Shown: one piece after another, positions 42,017 to 51,242 of the stretch
Layout of the letters: the number at the start of each line of letters is the position of its first letter
Numbering within the stretch: position 1 is the first letter of the stretch
IMG/VR virus record: IMGVR_UViG_3300048074_000120
Span: 64,001 to 128,000 of that record
Direction: 5' to 3' (one strand)
Origin: a virus
Length of the DNA: 64,000 nucleotides
Notes under the pieces: generated by a model
Told to the model about the DNA's origin: nothing
What the model saw: the letters and a program-made list of their open reading frames with translations, nothing else
Databases searched by the model: none
Made by a program: the position numbers and the translations under genes

Positions 42017-45000
42017 TGACGTCAACTAAGAAGGCGGCAAGCCTGCCTGTATTGAGTGCGTTCTGAGAGCGCTGCGCCCAAATCGTCCTATCGTAGTTGT
42101 AGACCAAAGCGACCAGGTCGATGGGACTCACCACGGATGTAGCTCCCCGCTGATAAGCCTTATTGACCAGGTCGCTCGACTCCAGGTAGTCCGCCGGGAA
42201 CAGCCCCGTAACGTAGTTGGCAAAGTCATTCGACACAACATCGGAGCTTGACCCACCCACGTATTCGAAATCGAATCGAATAAAGTGCGGTATCAAGTGC
42301 CTAGCCAGTGGGTTCGAACAGACCACGCGCTCTGTCTCGGAATGCACGAAGTTCTGCACGTCGCTGGTCAGCGTAGACCTATCGTAGGAGATCTCTAGAT
42401 TCTGCCCACTGAGCTGCGTTGCATTCGAAGGGCTGTCAGAAACTCCCACTTCCAAAATCGACCGAGAGACATGTAGTCGCGGCTTCTCCACGGTAGAGAA
42501 CGCCAAGTTGGGATCATCCGTGGTCAAGTAATAGCCGTCACTGCGGTAGCCCTCAGCCCGAAGCTGCACACCACTATCGATGTTGTAGAGATCGCCCGTG
42601 CCTTCGCTGACGAGCTCCACGTCGAAGTAGTAAAGGCCCGCCGCAGCGGTGTTCCCATTCATCTGCGTGGAGCTACAACGCTGCGTTGATGGACGCCTCA
42701 CCCGCCATTTGACCCTAGACTCCGTCACGCTAAACGGGGAGGACACAACCACCGAGCCACCGCCTAGCGTGTCGGCGTTCACCACCGAGATGGTGTACCC
42801 GTCAGAGTGCCTATTGGCTGAGTCATTCGTCAAATCAACAAGGCCTAGCCCAAGCGCAACGTTGGCCGTGCCTATACCTCGAATGATGACTGAGACATCC
42901 GCCACGAACTCCAAATGGTTGGTCGCCGACAGGCTAGCGATAACTCGACCGACCGCCGTGTTGATCTGGGAAGCTACCTCGCTACGAAGTACATCGGTCA
43001 AGTTCGGAGCCCCCGCATGGCCGAAGGTCACCAACTGATCTGCGCCACCATCAATCGACAAGAGCAGCGTCTTGCGCACCAAGTTGGCCAAGATGGTGGG
43101 CAGTACAAGGCTTCCTGTGATGGGCACATACAGAAGATCCAAGATGTCCCCGGGAATGATGGACTCCATAGAAAACTTGTAGCCGGCAGAGAACACAGCC
43201 CCCGCAGCCGTCACACTGCCATCGCTAGGGAGCGTCGTTGCCGGATACGCCGGAACTTTGACGTAGTCCAGCGTAGGGTCGGGGAAAAACCTAAGCAGAG
43301 CCCCACCCGGTAGCGTCACCGAGAACATGGAAGTCGGCCCAAACTCAACGCTCGTTGGCGACAAGAAGTAGCAACGGGCACCACCCAAGGAACGAGCCCC
43401 TACACGAACATGTCGATTGAGCTCGGGAGCAAACGCTGACCCCACTGCTATGAGCACCGTGTCTGCTAGTGGCACTTGCAAGCTACCGTAAAAGCCAGGC
43501 TGCACCCCATCAACCACCTGAACCACGTCAAGGTTGCCCGCGGTAATTGCCGGGGGCCAATCGGAGGCAGAGGGCACTCGGATGTCACCCACCGTGCATC
43601 GGAAGAAAGTCCCGAGAAGGACAAGCATGGCATCCCCGGTGTTGATCTCCATCAACGGATCTAACGGAACGAACCCAACGTAAGTGTGCCCTTGGTTCGT
43701 CAACGGGACTGCCAGTACTGTGTTGGGGCCAAGGGCTAGCACGGCAGCTGCATTGATCTCAGCAATGACCTGCACCGCCGTCATAGATGACCCGTAAAAA
43801 CCAGTGGCGAAGTTCACCGTAATGGACGTGGGATACCCAGGGGGAGAACTCGGTAGCGAAACAACGAGGCTATGGTCCCCGATCAAGAAGCCACCAATGG
43901 GCTCTGCGACAGAAATAATCCCAAGTCGCGCCGCAGTGGTCTCATACTTCACGCCACGCCCTGGGTTCTCAAAGGCACGACTTTGTATGTCGACAATCTT
44001 GGCGTAAGGAACCACTGATCCGACGGGCTGCCCCGAGGAATCGAGCAACTCAATCTTACTCACGCGGACGAACGGCAACTGCAGGCCCCCTGCCGCATTA
44101 GCCCTAAATATAGTGTACGACAGGTCAATGTTGGTTGACGTCAGCGCTCGATCCAACTTCACGGAATCGAAGGCAGGTAGCGACTTCACCACGTAGTCGT
44201 TGGCATCGGGGCCCTCCAAGATGCGAAGGACATCATTCTCGCTAACGCCTAGCGACAGTAGATCCGTAGTCCCTGCAGTGGTCACCACATCGGAGTTCTG
44301 TATCGTCTGTAGGTCAGTACCAGAGACTCGAGTCTCCTTGGGCTCCAGCAGGTCAATATCAATGACGTCCACCAACCGCCAGCGTGAATCGGTCGCCGGG
44401 GGAACTGCGGGAGCTGGAGAAATCTGAAGCAATGGGTGCGAGCTCAGCACCTGGGTGACCTGCGTTACACGATAATCTCCAGCAGCTATTCCATCGAGAA
44501 TCTGCAGTGTGTACCCGAACTGCTGCGCGTTGACGAGCGCGTTGTAGATGTCATCGCCCACCGAGTAGTTGTCACCAAAGGCGTTGCCTAGCGTCAAATC
44601 ACCCAGCTGCACGGTATCGGCAGAAACAAAAGATAGATGAATACCCTCCGCCGCGGGCGTTGCATCCGTGATGCTGTCGAGCACGAGTGAACTACTATCA
44701 AAGGAACTTCCCCGCACGGACACATCGAAAAGACCACCGATATGAATCTCCCCATCGGGGATCGCCACGGTGCCATTGGCCGTATCTGGGAAGAGCAACC
44801 CGCCAGGGATACCGCTGAGAGTCAACTCCCTCTTTCGAAGCATCCACGGCCTATTCGTGTAAGCCGGCAAAAACACCTGGTCCACCACGTCTACCGTCTG
44901 CGCATCAACGGCTCGCAGGACCTGCAGGTCCCGAATCAATGGAGTGCTTGCAAACGCTTGAATCACCGTCAGGTAAAAGGACCCTGGGGTACTCGAGTCA

Positions 45001-45971
45001 ATCAGCGCCGTAAAGTCTATCCCCACGTCATCCACGGCAAACCTGCGAGTCGTAGGCTTACCAATACCGTCGGAGATGGTTTTGCCATAGATGCCACCGG
45101 CAAGAGGACCCCCGAGCCCGCCCCCAGTCAGGACATCTCGCTGCATCTCCGGATCGCCAAATCCCACCACGGCAAGGCGAGACACATCTGGAAAAGCCTT
45201 TGGGACGCGTGCGCCAATGCCCCGCAACGTCACCATAGAGCGCTCAGTCAACTCCTGCTGCGTGCGACCCACAAAGTCCACTGCCGTCTCCGCGGTGTTG
45301 CCGCTAGAGAACCGCCTTAGGTTCACCACACGTGCAGTGCCCTCGAGGTTGGCGATGTTCGCGAGCTCGTTGGGGCCAATGTTGTAGGCAGTGCCCGGCT
45401 GCTCAGCGATGGTGTTGATGTCGAAGTAGTACAGGCTACCGTCGAGGTTGAGCAGCATCTCATCGACCGTGATGTCCTGCTTGCCATCAGGGAAGAAGTG
45501 CAGACCGCCCTTCGATGTGAAAAAGTTCGCAGGCGTCACTGACACATTGCGCGGCTGCGCAAAGTACACACGGCCAACACCGCGGGCATAGTCCCCAAGT
45601 TGGCGCGTACTAAAGAGGTTAGCTCCGAGCGCGTCCGCCTCCTCTGTCGTGAGAGTTGTAGGATCCTTGAAGCTCAAGCTGTTTCGAACCCTAAACACCT
45701 CACGCACGAACGGGTCAAACAACAGCACGCTGGGCTTTACCAAAAGGTCGATGAGCGCGTCACCCTCTTCCGTCGACATCTCCGGGAAGGCTTGCTTCAA
45801 CCGTGTGCTGAGGAATGTTGCCAGATCGACCGTAAACGGGTCTGTCCCAAGCCTACGCAAGACGGGTTGGATGATTTGAACATCCGCAGGAGAGCCCGAT
45901 GAGACGTCCATGTTCTCATCAAAAGCTCGCAATCGTTCTTGGAGAAATACCTGTAGGTCGAAAACAGCCAT
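41991..45971 (-). CDS. Baseplate J-like / wedge subunit (large, multi-insert)
   Basis: N-terminal baseplate J-type segment (DLLVKP, YARG, ET..DFV.R, ERSMVT, VVGFGDPEMQRD) and C-terminal HSETERVVCSNPLARH. Start placed at MAVFDL. Confidence 0.75.
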   Translation of the reverse strand: MAVFDLQVFLQERLRAFDENMDVSSGSPADVQIIQPVLRRLGTDPFTVDLATFLSTRLKQAFPEMSTEEGDALIDLLVKPSVLLFDPFVREVFRVRNSLSFKDPTTLTTEEADALGANLFSTRQLGDYARGVGRVYFAQPRNVSVTPANFFTSKGGLHFFPDGKQDITVDEMLLNLDGSLYYFDINTIAEQPGTAYNIGPNELANIANLEGTARVVNLRRFSSGNTAETAVDFVGRTQQELTERSMVTLRGIGARVPKAFPDVSRLAVVGFGDPEMQRDVLTGGGLGGPLAGGIYGKTISDGIGKPTTRRFAVDDVGIDFTALIDSSTPGSFYLTVIQAFASTPLIRDLQVLRAVDAQTVDVVDQVFLPAYTNRPWMLRKRELTLSGIPGGLLFPDTANGTVAIPDGEIHIGGLFDVSVRGSSFDSSSLVLDSITDATPAAEGIHLSFVSADTVQLGDLTLGNAFGDNYSVGDDIYNALVNAQQFGYTLQILDGIAAGDYRVTQVTQVLSSHPLLQISPAPAVPPATDSRWRLVDVIDIDLLEPKETRVSGTDLQTIQNSDVVTTAGTTDLLSLGVSENDVLRILEGPDANDYVVKSLPAFDSVKLDRALTSTNIDLSYTIFRANAAGGLQLPFVRVSKIELLDSSGQPVGSVVPYAKIVDIQSRAFENPGRGVKYETTAARLGIISVAEPIGGFLIGDHSLVVSLPSSPPGYPTSITVNFATGFYGSSMTAVQVIAEINAAAVLALGPNTVLAVPLTNQGHTYVGFVPLDPLMEINTGDAMLVLLGTFFRCTVGDIRVPSASDWPPAITAGNLDVVQVVDGVQPGFYGSLQVPLADTVLIAVGSAFAPELNRHVRVGARSLGGARCYFLSPTSVEFGPTSMFSVTLPGGALLRFFPDPTLDYVKVPAYPATTLPSDGSVTAAGAVFSAGYKFSMESIIPGDILDLLYVPITGSLVLPTILANLVRKTLLLSIDGGADQLVTFGHAGAPNLTDVLRSEVASQINTAVGRVIASLSATNHLEFVADVSVIIRGIGTANVALGLGLVDLTNDSANRHSDGYTISVVNADTLGGGSVVVSSPFSVTESRVKWRVRRPSTQRCSSTQMNGNTAAAGLYYFDVELVSEGTGDLYNIDSGVQLRAEGYRSDGYYLTTDDPNLAFSTVEKPRLHVSRSILEVGVSDSPSNATQLSGQNLEISYDRSTLTSDVQNFVHSETERVVCSNPLARHLIPHFIRFDFEYVGGSSSDVVSNDFANYVTGLFPADYLESSDLVNKAYQRGATSVVSPIDLVALVYNYDRTIWAQRSQNALNTGRLAAFLVDVINVNRRSG

Positions 45972-46010
45972 TGTGCTTACGCCTAGCATAGCACGCAAGA
46001 ACACTGCAAA

Positions 46011-46036
46011 TTCGGGAATAAGATAGATAGAAGGAG
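46011..46036 (+). promoter_or_regulatory. TTCGGGAATAAG promoter-like motif plus RBS
   Basis: Variant of the 740/62613 motif directly upstream of the lipoprotein gene. Confidence 0.5.
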
Positions 46037-46042
46037 AAGACC

Positions 46043-46945
46043 ATGACTACCAAGCTTTTATCGATTGCGTTCGCATTGATTGTTACAGCTTGCAGTGGAC
46101 AAGCCTTCGAGAATTCAGCCGTGTCAGAGCCAGCTGCCGCAGGAACTTCAACCATTGAAAGTACAAGCGCGCCTATGGCTACCGGCGGATCCTCGAGCAT
46201 TGCCACAACCACGCAGGCTACAGGGGGAAACACGTGGGCAACAACAACCTCAAGCACCGGTGGCGAATCGGCCACGGGTGGCACAACCAACCTCATTTCC
46301 GCAACCGGCGGGCGCTCAAGCGTCTCTACAACGGGCGCAACTGGCGGCGCTGGAACAACTGGAGGAATGAAGGCCACAGGCGGATCGCCGGCAACCGGCG
46401 GAACAACTGCCAAAGCCGCCACTGGCGGATCCAACGGATCAGGCGGAAGTACTTTCTCGGCAACCGGCGGGAAGAACTCCACGGGAGGCTCCTCTGCAAC
46501 GGGCCACACCTGCAACCAGCTATACCCGGCTTGCTCGACGGTTTGCGACAAGTCTCAGATCACCAACTGCAAGTACATCAGCGCTGGCGCAACCGATCTC
46601 ATCGACAGCGACTGCAATGCCTTCTGGGACGCCTTCTGCACCGGCTCGGCTGGCACAGGAGGAGCGGCTGGGACTGGCGGATCACCTTCGACGGGTGGCT
46701 CATCGGCAACCGGCGGATCATCTGCCACTGCTGGTGGAAACCTCTCAACCGGCGGGAACCAAGCCACGGGTGGTTCAGCACAGAGTACCACGCTGTCCTG
46801 CGAGGCCGCCTCCGCAGATGTCTGCCACAACACCTGCTATGCAGGGGGCATGGCCTGCGATGGTGATGGGGCTCGATACCAAGTCTGCGCCGACTGCCTA
46901 AAGAACTGCTGCATCCAAAACTGCGGCACACATGCAGGTTGTTGA
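46043..46945 (+). CDS. Gly/Thr/Ser-rich, Cys-rich lipoprotein of myxobacterial type
   Basis: Lipobox IVTA-C, many ATGG/TGGS repeats, two Cys-rich modules. Confidence 0.8.
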   Translation: MTTKLLSIAFALIVTACSGQAFENSAVSEPAAAGTSTIESTSAPMATGGSSSIATTTQATGGNTWATTTSSTGGESATGGTTNLISATGGRSSVSTTGATGGAGTTGGMKATGGSPATGGTTAKAATGGSNGSGGSTFSATGGKNSTGGSSATGHTCNQLYPACSTVCDKSQITNCKYISAGATDLIDSDCNAFWDAFCTGSAGTGGAAGTGGSPSTGGSSATGGSSATAGGNLSTGGNQATGGSAQSTTLSCEAASADVCHNTCYAGGMACDGDGARYQVCADCLKNCCIQNCGTHAGC

Positions 46946-46954
46946 GCGTAGGTA

Positions 46955-46984
46955 GAAGAACTAGCCCAAGGCTGGTTCTTCTTT
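46955..46984 (+). terminator. Intrinsic terminator
   Basis: GAAGAACTAGCC-CAA-GGCTGGTTCTTC followed by TTTAGC. Confidence 0.7.
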
Positions 46985-47038
46985 AGCCACTTGAAAATAC
47001 AGCCAATGTTCGGGCACAAGAACACTGGAGGTTTCTGC

Positions 47039-47551
47039 ATGAAACTAGTTAGTTGGGAGTTCAAGGCACTATTGATCGCTATGGTCAAATTAGATAGCGG
47101 AGAACTGCTATGTACAACCCAGGCACTATTGAGCGCACTGGGACTAGACCGCAAGCAACTGGAGTGGGTAATGCAAAAGTACCGTGGCAGGTTCAACCCG
47201 CTTAGACCCGAGAAACTAGGGGCTAACGTGTTGGAGTTCCTTCAACTGAATAGGGACACGCTGGGTATAAGACGCGTCAGAAGTGACATGCTGCTGTGGC
47301 CCCTGAAAGACGCCCTGGCCGTAGCCTTCCATGTCCATACGGACTTGGCATGGGAATTCCATCAGGCAGCCATTGAGCTGGTAGAAAAGAACGCGGCAGA
47401 GCGCAGTGTATCTAGGGAAGAATATGACTCCATGCTCTCAAGAATAGCCCTTCTTGAGCAAACTGTACCCGCGCTGCAAAGCATGGCGTCGCTAGCTGGG
47501 TCGAACCTCAGAGCACAGCGAGACACCAAAGCGCTTAGGGCCATGAACTGA
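47039..47551 (+). CDS. Antirepressor/Bro-like DNA-binding protein
   Basis: GGAGG RBS; LCTTQALLSALGL helical N-domain and coiled-coil C-terminus resemble phage antirepressor architecture. Family call is tentative. Confidence 0.45.
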   Translation: MKLVSWEFKALLIAMVKLDSGELLCTTQALLSALGLDRKQLEWVMQKYRGRFNPLRPEKLGANVLEFLQLNRDTLGIRRVRSDMLLWPLKDALAVAFHVHTDLAWEFHQAAIELVEKNAAERSVSREEYDSMLSRIALLEQTVPALQSMASLAGSNLRAQRDTKALRAMN

Positions 47552-47559
47552 TATCAACT

Positions 47560-47592
47560 GAAAAGACGGAAGTACGTACCCGTCTTTTCTTT
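47560..47592. terminator. Bidirectional intrinsic terminator
   Basis: GAAAAGACGG-N10-CCGTCTTTTC followed by TTTAGC, between convergent genes. Confidence 0.8.
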
Positions 47593-47751
47593 AGCCCCTC
47601 GAAAGAACAACCTCTTTCACGGCATAAGAGCTACGAGTTGAAAGCATGTAACGCGTTCATCACTTGAAGAAGCGCCGCGTTGTCTCGAAAGAGAAAGTAG
47701 CCACTCAAGTGGAGGCACGCCGCAAGGCGTGCACCATTTCTTAGCGCCTCA

Positions 47752-48408
47752 TCAAGCTTCGAAGCGCGCCACAGCGGACTTACCCGCTTGCGAGGTGAGC
47801 TCGATGGAAACCAAGATCGCCGTCTCATTCTTGTTGAATCCAGCGGACAGCACCTTGGCTGAAAGCAAACGCTCATCAGGAGGAATCGCCTGATTGCGGC
47901 CCTGCACCTGAACGATCTGACGTGCCGTTGCATCCACGCTCACGATGATGCCAGCAACCACATCTGAGCCTTCGTTGGTCCCTACGCTTTGCCCGAGATG
48001 AACCAAACCGCCTCCGCCTGACTTTGGTGCGAATATATCAGTCCCAGGCGTCGTCAGAAGGAGCTTCAAAAAGAGCTGCATCAACTTCAAGATGCCGCGA
48101 GTCTTACTCGGCGTACGGCCAATACTGAAACGAATGTAGCTCCTTGGGGAAACCAACAGTTTTCGACTGAGCACCGAAATCGAAGTGATAGTTGAATTCA
48201 CCAAAGGCTTCGGAACTTCGGCGAGCAAACGGGTCTTACTGAGCACGACGAAGGAGGGCACAGACACTTGATTCATCAAGACGTCTTCGACCGCGCGAAA
48301 ATCATCCCCGTAGATGTCGAGCGTTCTGACAGGCAGCCTCGGGACAGTCTTGACCTGACTGATCTTCACGAACTCTTGAGGAAATATACATTGAAAATCA
48401 ACTGGCAT
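47752..48408 (-). CDS. Baseplate wedge initiator (gp25-like) with IPT/TIG-like N-domain
   Basis: LDIYGDDF..V..V.MN..VLSKTRLLAEVP (IPT-like) and GILKLMQLFLKLLLTTPG (gp25-like). Start placed at MPVDFQ. Confidence 0.65.
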   Translation of the reverse strand: MPVDFQCIFPQEFVKISQVKTVPRLPVRTLDIYGDDFRAVEDVLMNQVSVPSFVVLSKTRLLAEVPKPLVNSTITSISVLSRKLLVSPRSYIRFSIGRTPSKTRGILKLMQLFLKLLLTTPGTDIFAPKSGGGGLVHLGQSVGTNEGSDVVAGIIVSVDATARQIVQVQGRNQAIPPDERLLSAKVLSAGFNKNETAILVSIELTSQAGKSAVARFEA

Positions 48409-48412
48409 TTGG

Positions 48413-48928
48413 TTACCCCAGATGCTTCCAACCAATATGCAAAGCATAGTACACTGAGGACAACGCCACGCCATACTTCTTAGCTAAATAAGACAGCGTG
48501 ATTTTTCTCGGAATGTATTCGTCTCTAATTTTCTTCACCACAGCTTCGGTGAGTATAGCATTACCGTGCTGCTCACCATGCACATGAACAGTTCCACTCA
48601 CGTGGCGCCCTTTGGCCACTTTGTCCCGCATATTGTCTAAAGGAGTGCCCTCAAATAGATGACCAGGATTGCAACACGAAGGACGATCGCAATGATGGAG
48701 TACTTGTAATTTCCCTAAGTATCCCTTCTCGCTCAGCCAGGCTACCCGATGCGCACGCATCGACTTGATCTTCGTACTTACACCGAAGACCCCATAGCCA
48801 TCCTTGTCCACTGCCCCTTTCCAAAGCCAACAGCGGGTCTCTAGGATCGGATGTACTGGCCCATTCTTATCGACGTGCGACCAGAATCGAGCTAACGTTC
48901 TCTCGTCCATTTTGAAATTGCCTTTCAT
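48413..48928 (-). CDS. Free-standing HNH homing endonuclease
   Basis: RFWSHVDK, CWLWKG, GYG, RAHRVAW, VLHHCDRPSCCNPGHL, DN..D motifs. Confidence 0.92.
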   Translation of the reverse strand: MKGNFKMDERTLARFWSHVDKNGPVHPILETRCWLWKGAVDKDGYGVFGVSTKIKSMRAHRVAWLSEKGYLGKLQVLHHCDRPSCCNPGHLFEGTPLDNMRDKVAKGRHVSGTVHVHGEQHGNAILTEAVVKKIRDEYIPRKITLSYLAKKYGVALSSVYYALHIGWKHLG

Positions 48929-48934
48929 GGACCT

Positions 48935-48965
48935 ACCCCCGGTCGAGTAGAAGCGACGCGGGGGT
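48935..48965 (-). promoter_or_regulatory. Hairpin sequestering the RBS of the HNH gene
   Basis: Minus strand: ACCCCCG-C-GTCG-CTTCTACT-CGAC-CGGGGGT then AGGTCC-ATG. Confidence 0.55.
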
Positions 48966-48990
48966 TCTTACTGTAACACAACGAGACGCT

Positions 48991-49024
48991 AAAAAAAGAA
49001 CGGCCCTCCTGGTGAGAGAGGGCC
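48991..49024 (-). terminator. Intrinsic terminator
   Basis: Minus strand: GGCCCTC...GAGGGCC then GTTCTTTTTTTAGC. Confidence 0.8.
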
Positions 49025-49099
49025 ATTCCATCCAAACAACCTGTAACCTGCAACGGACTCAAGTACGCCTGCCAAAGCTAGCTTCTTCGAAAACAAGTG

Positions 49100-49774
49100 T
49101 CAACTGGCGTCGCCGAGCAGAGTGATGTCCCTCACGCAGGACTGGTCAACTGCATTAGGGGCATTGTCCTTTTGAATCTCGGAGAACATGGGCCCAACCA
49201 ACGTTTGAGCCAGTGACCAAGGAACACCGCCCGGAGTTGAAATTTTATCCGGATCAGGTGGAGGCTTACCGTTGTAGTTGTACCTTGGCACCCAGAGCTT
49301 ATGCGTTAGCCACCAGGCAGGTTTATTGAGCATGGCCCACGTTGAGGTACCCCCGTAGATATAGAGCTCCTCATATTTATCCACGAGCAACTGGATGTAT
49401 TGCTCGATCTTGGGGTTCCACGACGGCGTAGGTTCAGTCCAAACGTTTCCTGATTGCTTACGCGTAACGTAACGCTCTACATCGATCGCAGGAATGATGT
49501 AACTGTAGCCAGCGTCCCCATACCCCACAAGCTCCGCGCCTCGAAGGAAAGTCGCAAACTGCTGGTCTACATCGACGTCAGGGCGAAAGAACGTGTAAAG
49601 ACCAAAGGGCTTACCCGTCTTCTGAATAGCAGCGGTGTGCGGCTGCAAGTTCTTTGAAAGGGTATTGCCCTCATTGCACTTGACGATACCGCCCACAATA
49701 CGAGAATCGTCCCACGGAACCAAGGTTGGAGCTTGGTAGCCAGATACGTCACAAACGATGTTGTACTTACTCAT
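49100..49774 (-). CDS. GH25 family lysozyme/muramidase (endolysin)
   Basis: CDVSGYQ, GLYTFFRP, AIDVE (DxE), IYGG, LWVPRY, VDQS. Confidence 0.88.
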   Translation of the reverse strand: MSKYNIVCDVSGYQAPTLVPWDDSRIVGGIVKCNEGNTLSKNLQPHTAAIQKTGKPFGLYTFFRPDVDVDQQFATFLRGAELVGYGDAGYSYIIPAIDVERYVTRKQSGNVWTEPTPSWNPKIEQYIQLLVDKYEELYIYGGTSTWAMLNKPAWWLTHKLWVPRYNYNGKPPPDPDKISTPGGVPWSLAQTLVGPMFSEIQKDNAPNAVDQSCVRDITLLGDAS

Positions 49775-49786
49775 CTTAGCTCGCTT

Positions 49787-50509
49787 TCATTGGTTTGCTG
49801 CTGCGCGCTCCTTGTAGGTGCAAGGAACATCCGTAGCACCAGTATAAACGACATCGCTTGAACTATTCAGAGCCTTCGCCCAGTTGTTCGCGATGGTGCA
49901 GCGGAGCTTGGCCTCAGCATCAATGTAGTAGCCATGGCCCTTGTTGATGTGCGGACACTTGCCGGAGCGATAGGCTGCGAGCCAGACGCTCACCGGAGCA
50001 AACTTGTTCCCTGAATCTAAGCACGTATTCTTCCAGTGGCGCAGAATGCCGTAAGCCGCAACAACGTTCGTCGTTGGCTCCCGCAGATCCTTCTCACTCA
50101 TCTTCGCAGGCAACTCTGCACGGAGCTCTTCCCACGCCTTGAAATTGTAGATGGTCCCTCGACCCACCTGCATGGGCCCAACTGAGTTACAAACCGTCTT
50201 GATGACGGGCTTGTACCCATCCGGCCAGAGCCCACTTGGGACCTTTGAGTACTTGTGGGAAAAACCACAATCCCCATCGGGCGCGGGCAGCCGCATCCGA
50301 TTCTCCCTGTAGTTCACCGCAGCCAGGAGCACAAAGTCGTACCCGGGGTCTACTAGATAACCCTCCGTAGCAACCCTTTCGTGTACCTCGAGCATCTGGG
50401 TGATGTCCTTCTCAAAGTCACTCTTCAACTGATCATTACGGGCAACATTTGGTGCCTCACGCAGGATCATTGCCAACACCAAAGAAGCCAATGTGTGTAC
50501 TAACGTCAT
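49787..50509 (-). CDS. SLT-like lytic transglycosylase with N-terminal hydrophobic anchor
   Basis: LAAVNYREN (catalytic Glu), SVGPMQV, LREPTTNV, LAAYRSG. Confidence 0.75.
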   Translation of the reverse strand: MTLVHTLASLVLAMILREAPNVARNDQLKSDFEKDITQMLEVHERVATEGYLVDPGYDFVLLAAVNYRENRMRLPAPDGDCGFSHKYSKVPSGLWPDGYKPVIKTVCNSVGPMQVGRGTIYNFKAWEELRAELPAKMSEKDLREPTTNVVAAYGILRHWKNTCLDSGNKFAPVSVWLAAYRSGKCPHINKGHGYYIDAEAKLRCTIANNWAKALNSSSDVVYTGATDVPCTYKERAAANQ

Positions 50510-50521
50510 GACGATTTTCCT

Positions 50522-51169
50522 TCAGCAGGCGTCATCGGGAACTACATCGCGGCAGCACCGAAACCCTGTCTCGTAATAATGCCAAAGCGGGGAATGCGTT
50601 GTAATGGCGTAGGCGCAAGAAGCTCCCTTGGAGGCCCAGTAGCCACCCACCAAACACCAGCCGTAAAGGCCGCTGTCACAGCGCACCCACTCCTCGGCAT
50701 TGCCAACCATGTCGTAGGCCCCTGCGGAGCTTACGCACTTACCAAACGATCCAGATGGAGAACTCTGGTTTAGCTTGACGAGTTCTCGTTCATCGCGTTT
50801 CGCCACCTTCTCGGCGTTGACCTCCTTCCAGCGTGCGCCGGTATTGCACGCCATCGCGTCATACTTGTCCCCATAGGGATACAAAAATCCCTCTGGGCCA
50901 CGGCAGGCCGCCATCCACTCTGTTCTTGTGCACACACGCTTACCAACAGAGAGGCACAGCATCGATGCATCAATCGGGGAGCCATAGACCTCTGGCTCTC
51001 CACTCACAGCCAGCAGCGGGGGCACCCCTGGGGTGTTGGGCCACTCGTAGGCATCGATACAAACGTTGTCCGTCGCACGAACCATTCCTAAAGGGCAATC
51101 CTCCACGCACGGCGCTTTTGCTGTAAACAAAAACACAGCGCTAAAGCAAGTACATGCTCTTTTGCTCAA
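50522..51169 (-). CDS. FGE-sulfatase (SUMF1-like, C-type-lectin fold) domain protein
   Basis: CIDAYEWPN, VGKRVCTRTEWMAAC, YPYG, YDMVGNAEEW, GGYW, GFRCC. TTG start after GGAGG. Confidence 0.85.
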   Translation of the reverse strand: MSKRACTCFSAVFLFTAKAPCVEDCPLGMVRATDNVCIDAYEWPNTPGVPPLLAVSGEPEVYGSPIDASMLCLSVGKRVCTRTEWMAACRGPEGFLYPYGDKYDAMACNTGARWKEVNAEKVAKRDERELVKLNQSSPSGSFGKCVSSAGAYDMVGNAEEWVRCDSGLYGWCLVGGYWASKGASCAYAITTHSPLWHYYETGFRCCRDVVPDDAC

Positions 51170-51242
51170 TAGAACCTCCACTAGCTCTTATAGCATGAGA
51201 CAAATGCCGAAAATGTAGTCGGCGACTCAATGCTTGAGGGAA

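Noticed and set aside
47631-47933. 100-aa minus-strand ORF overlapping the gp25-like gene
   Set aside because: Mostly overlaps a better-supported gene in another frame, with no convincing start for the non-overlapping part.
50522-50660. FGE-sulfatase C-terminus as a possible diversity-generating retroelement variable region
   Set aside because: No adenine-variant template copy and no reverse transcriptase could be seen in the window. A self-alignment of the full genome would be needed to exclude it completely.
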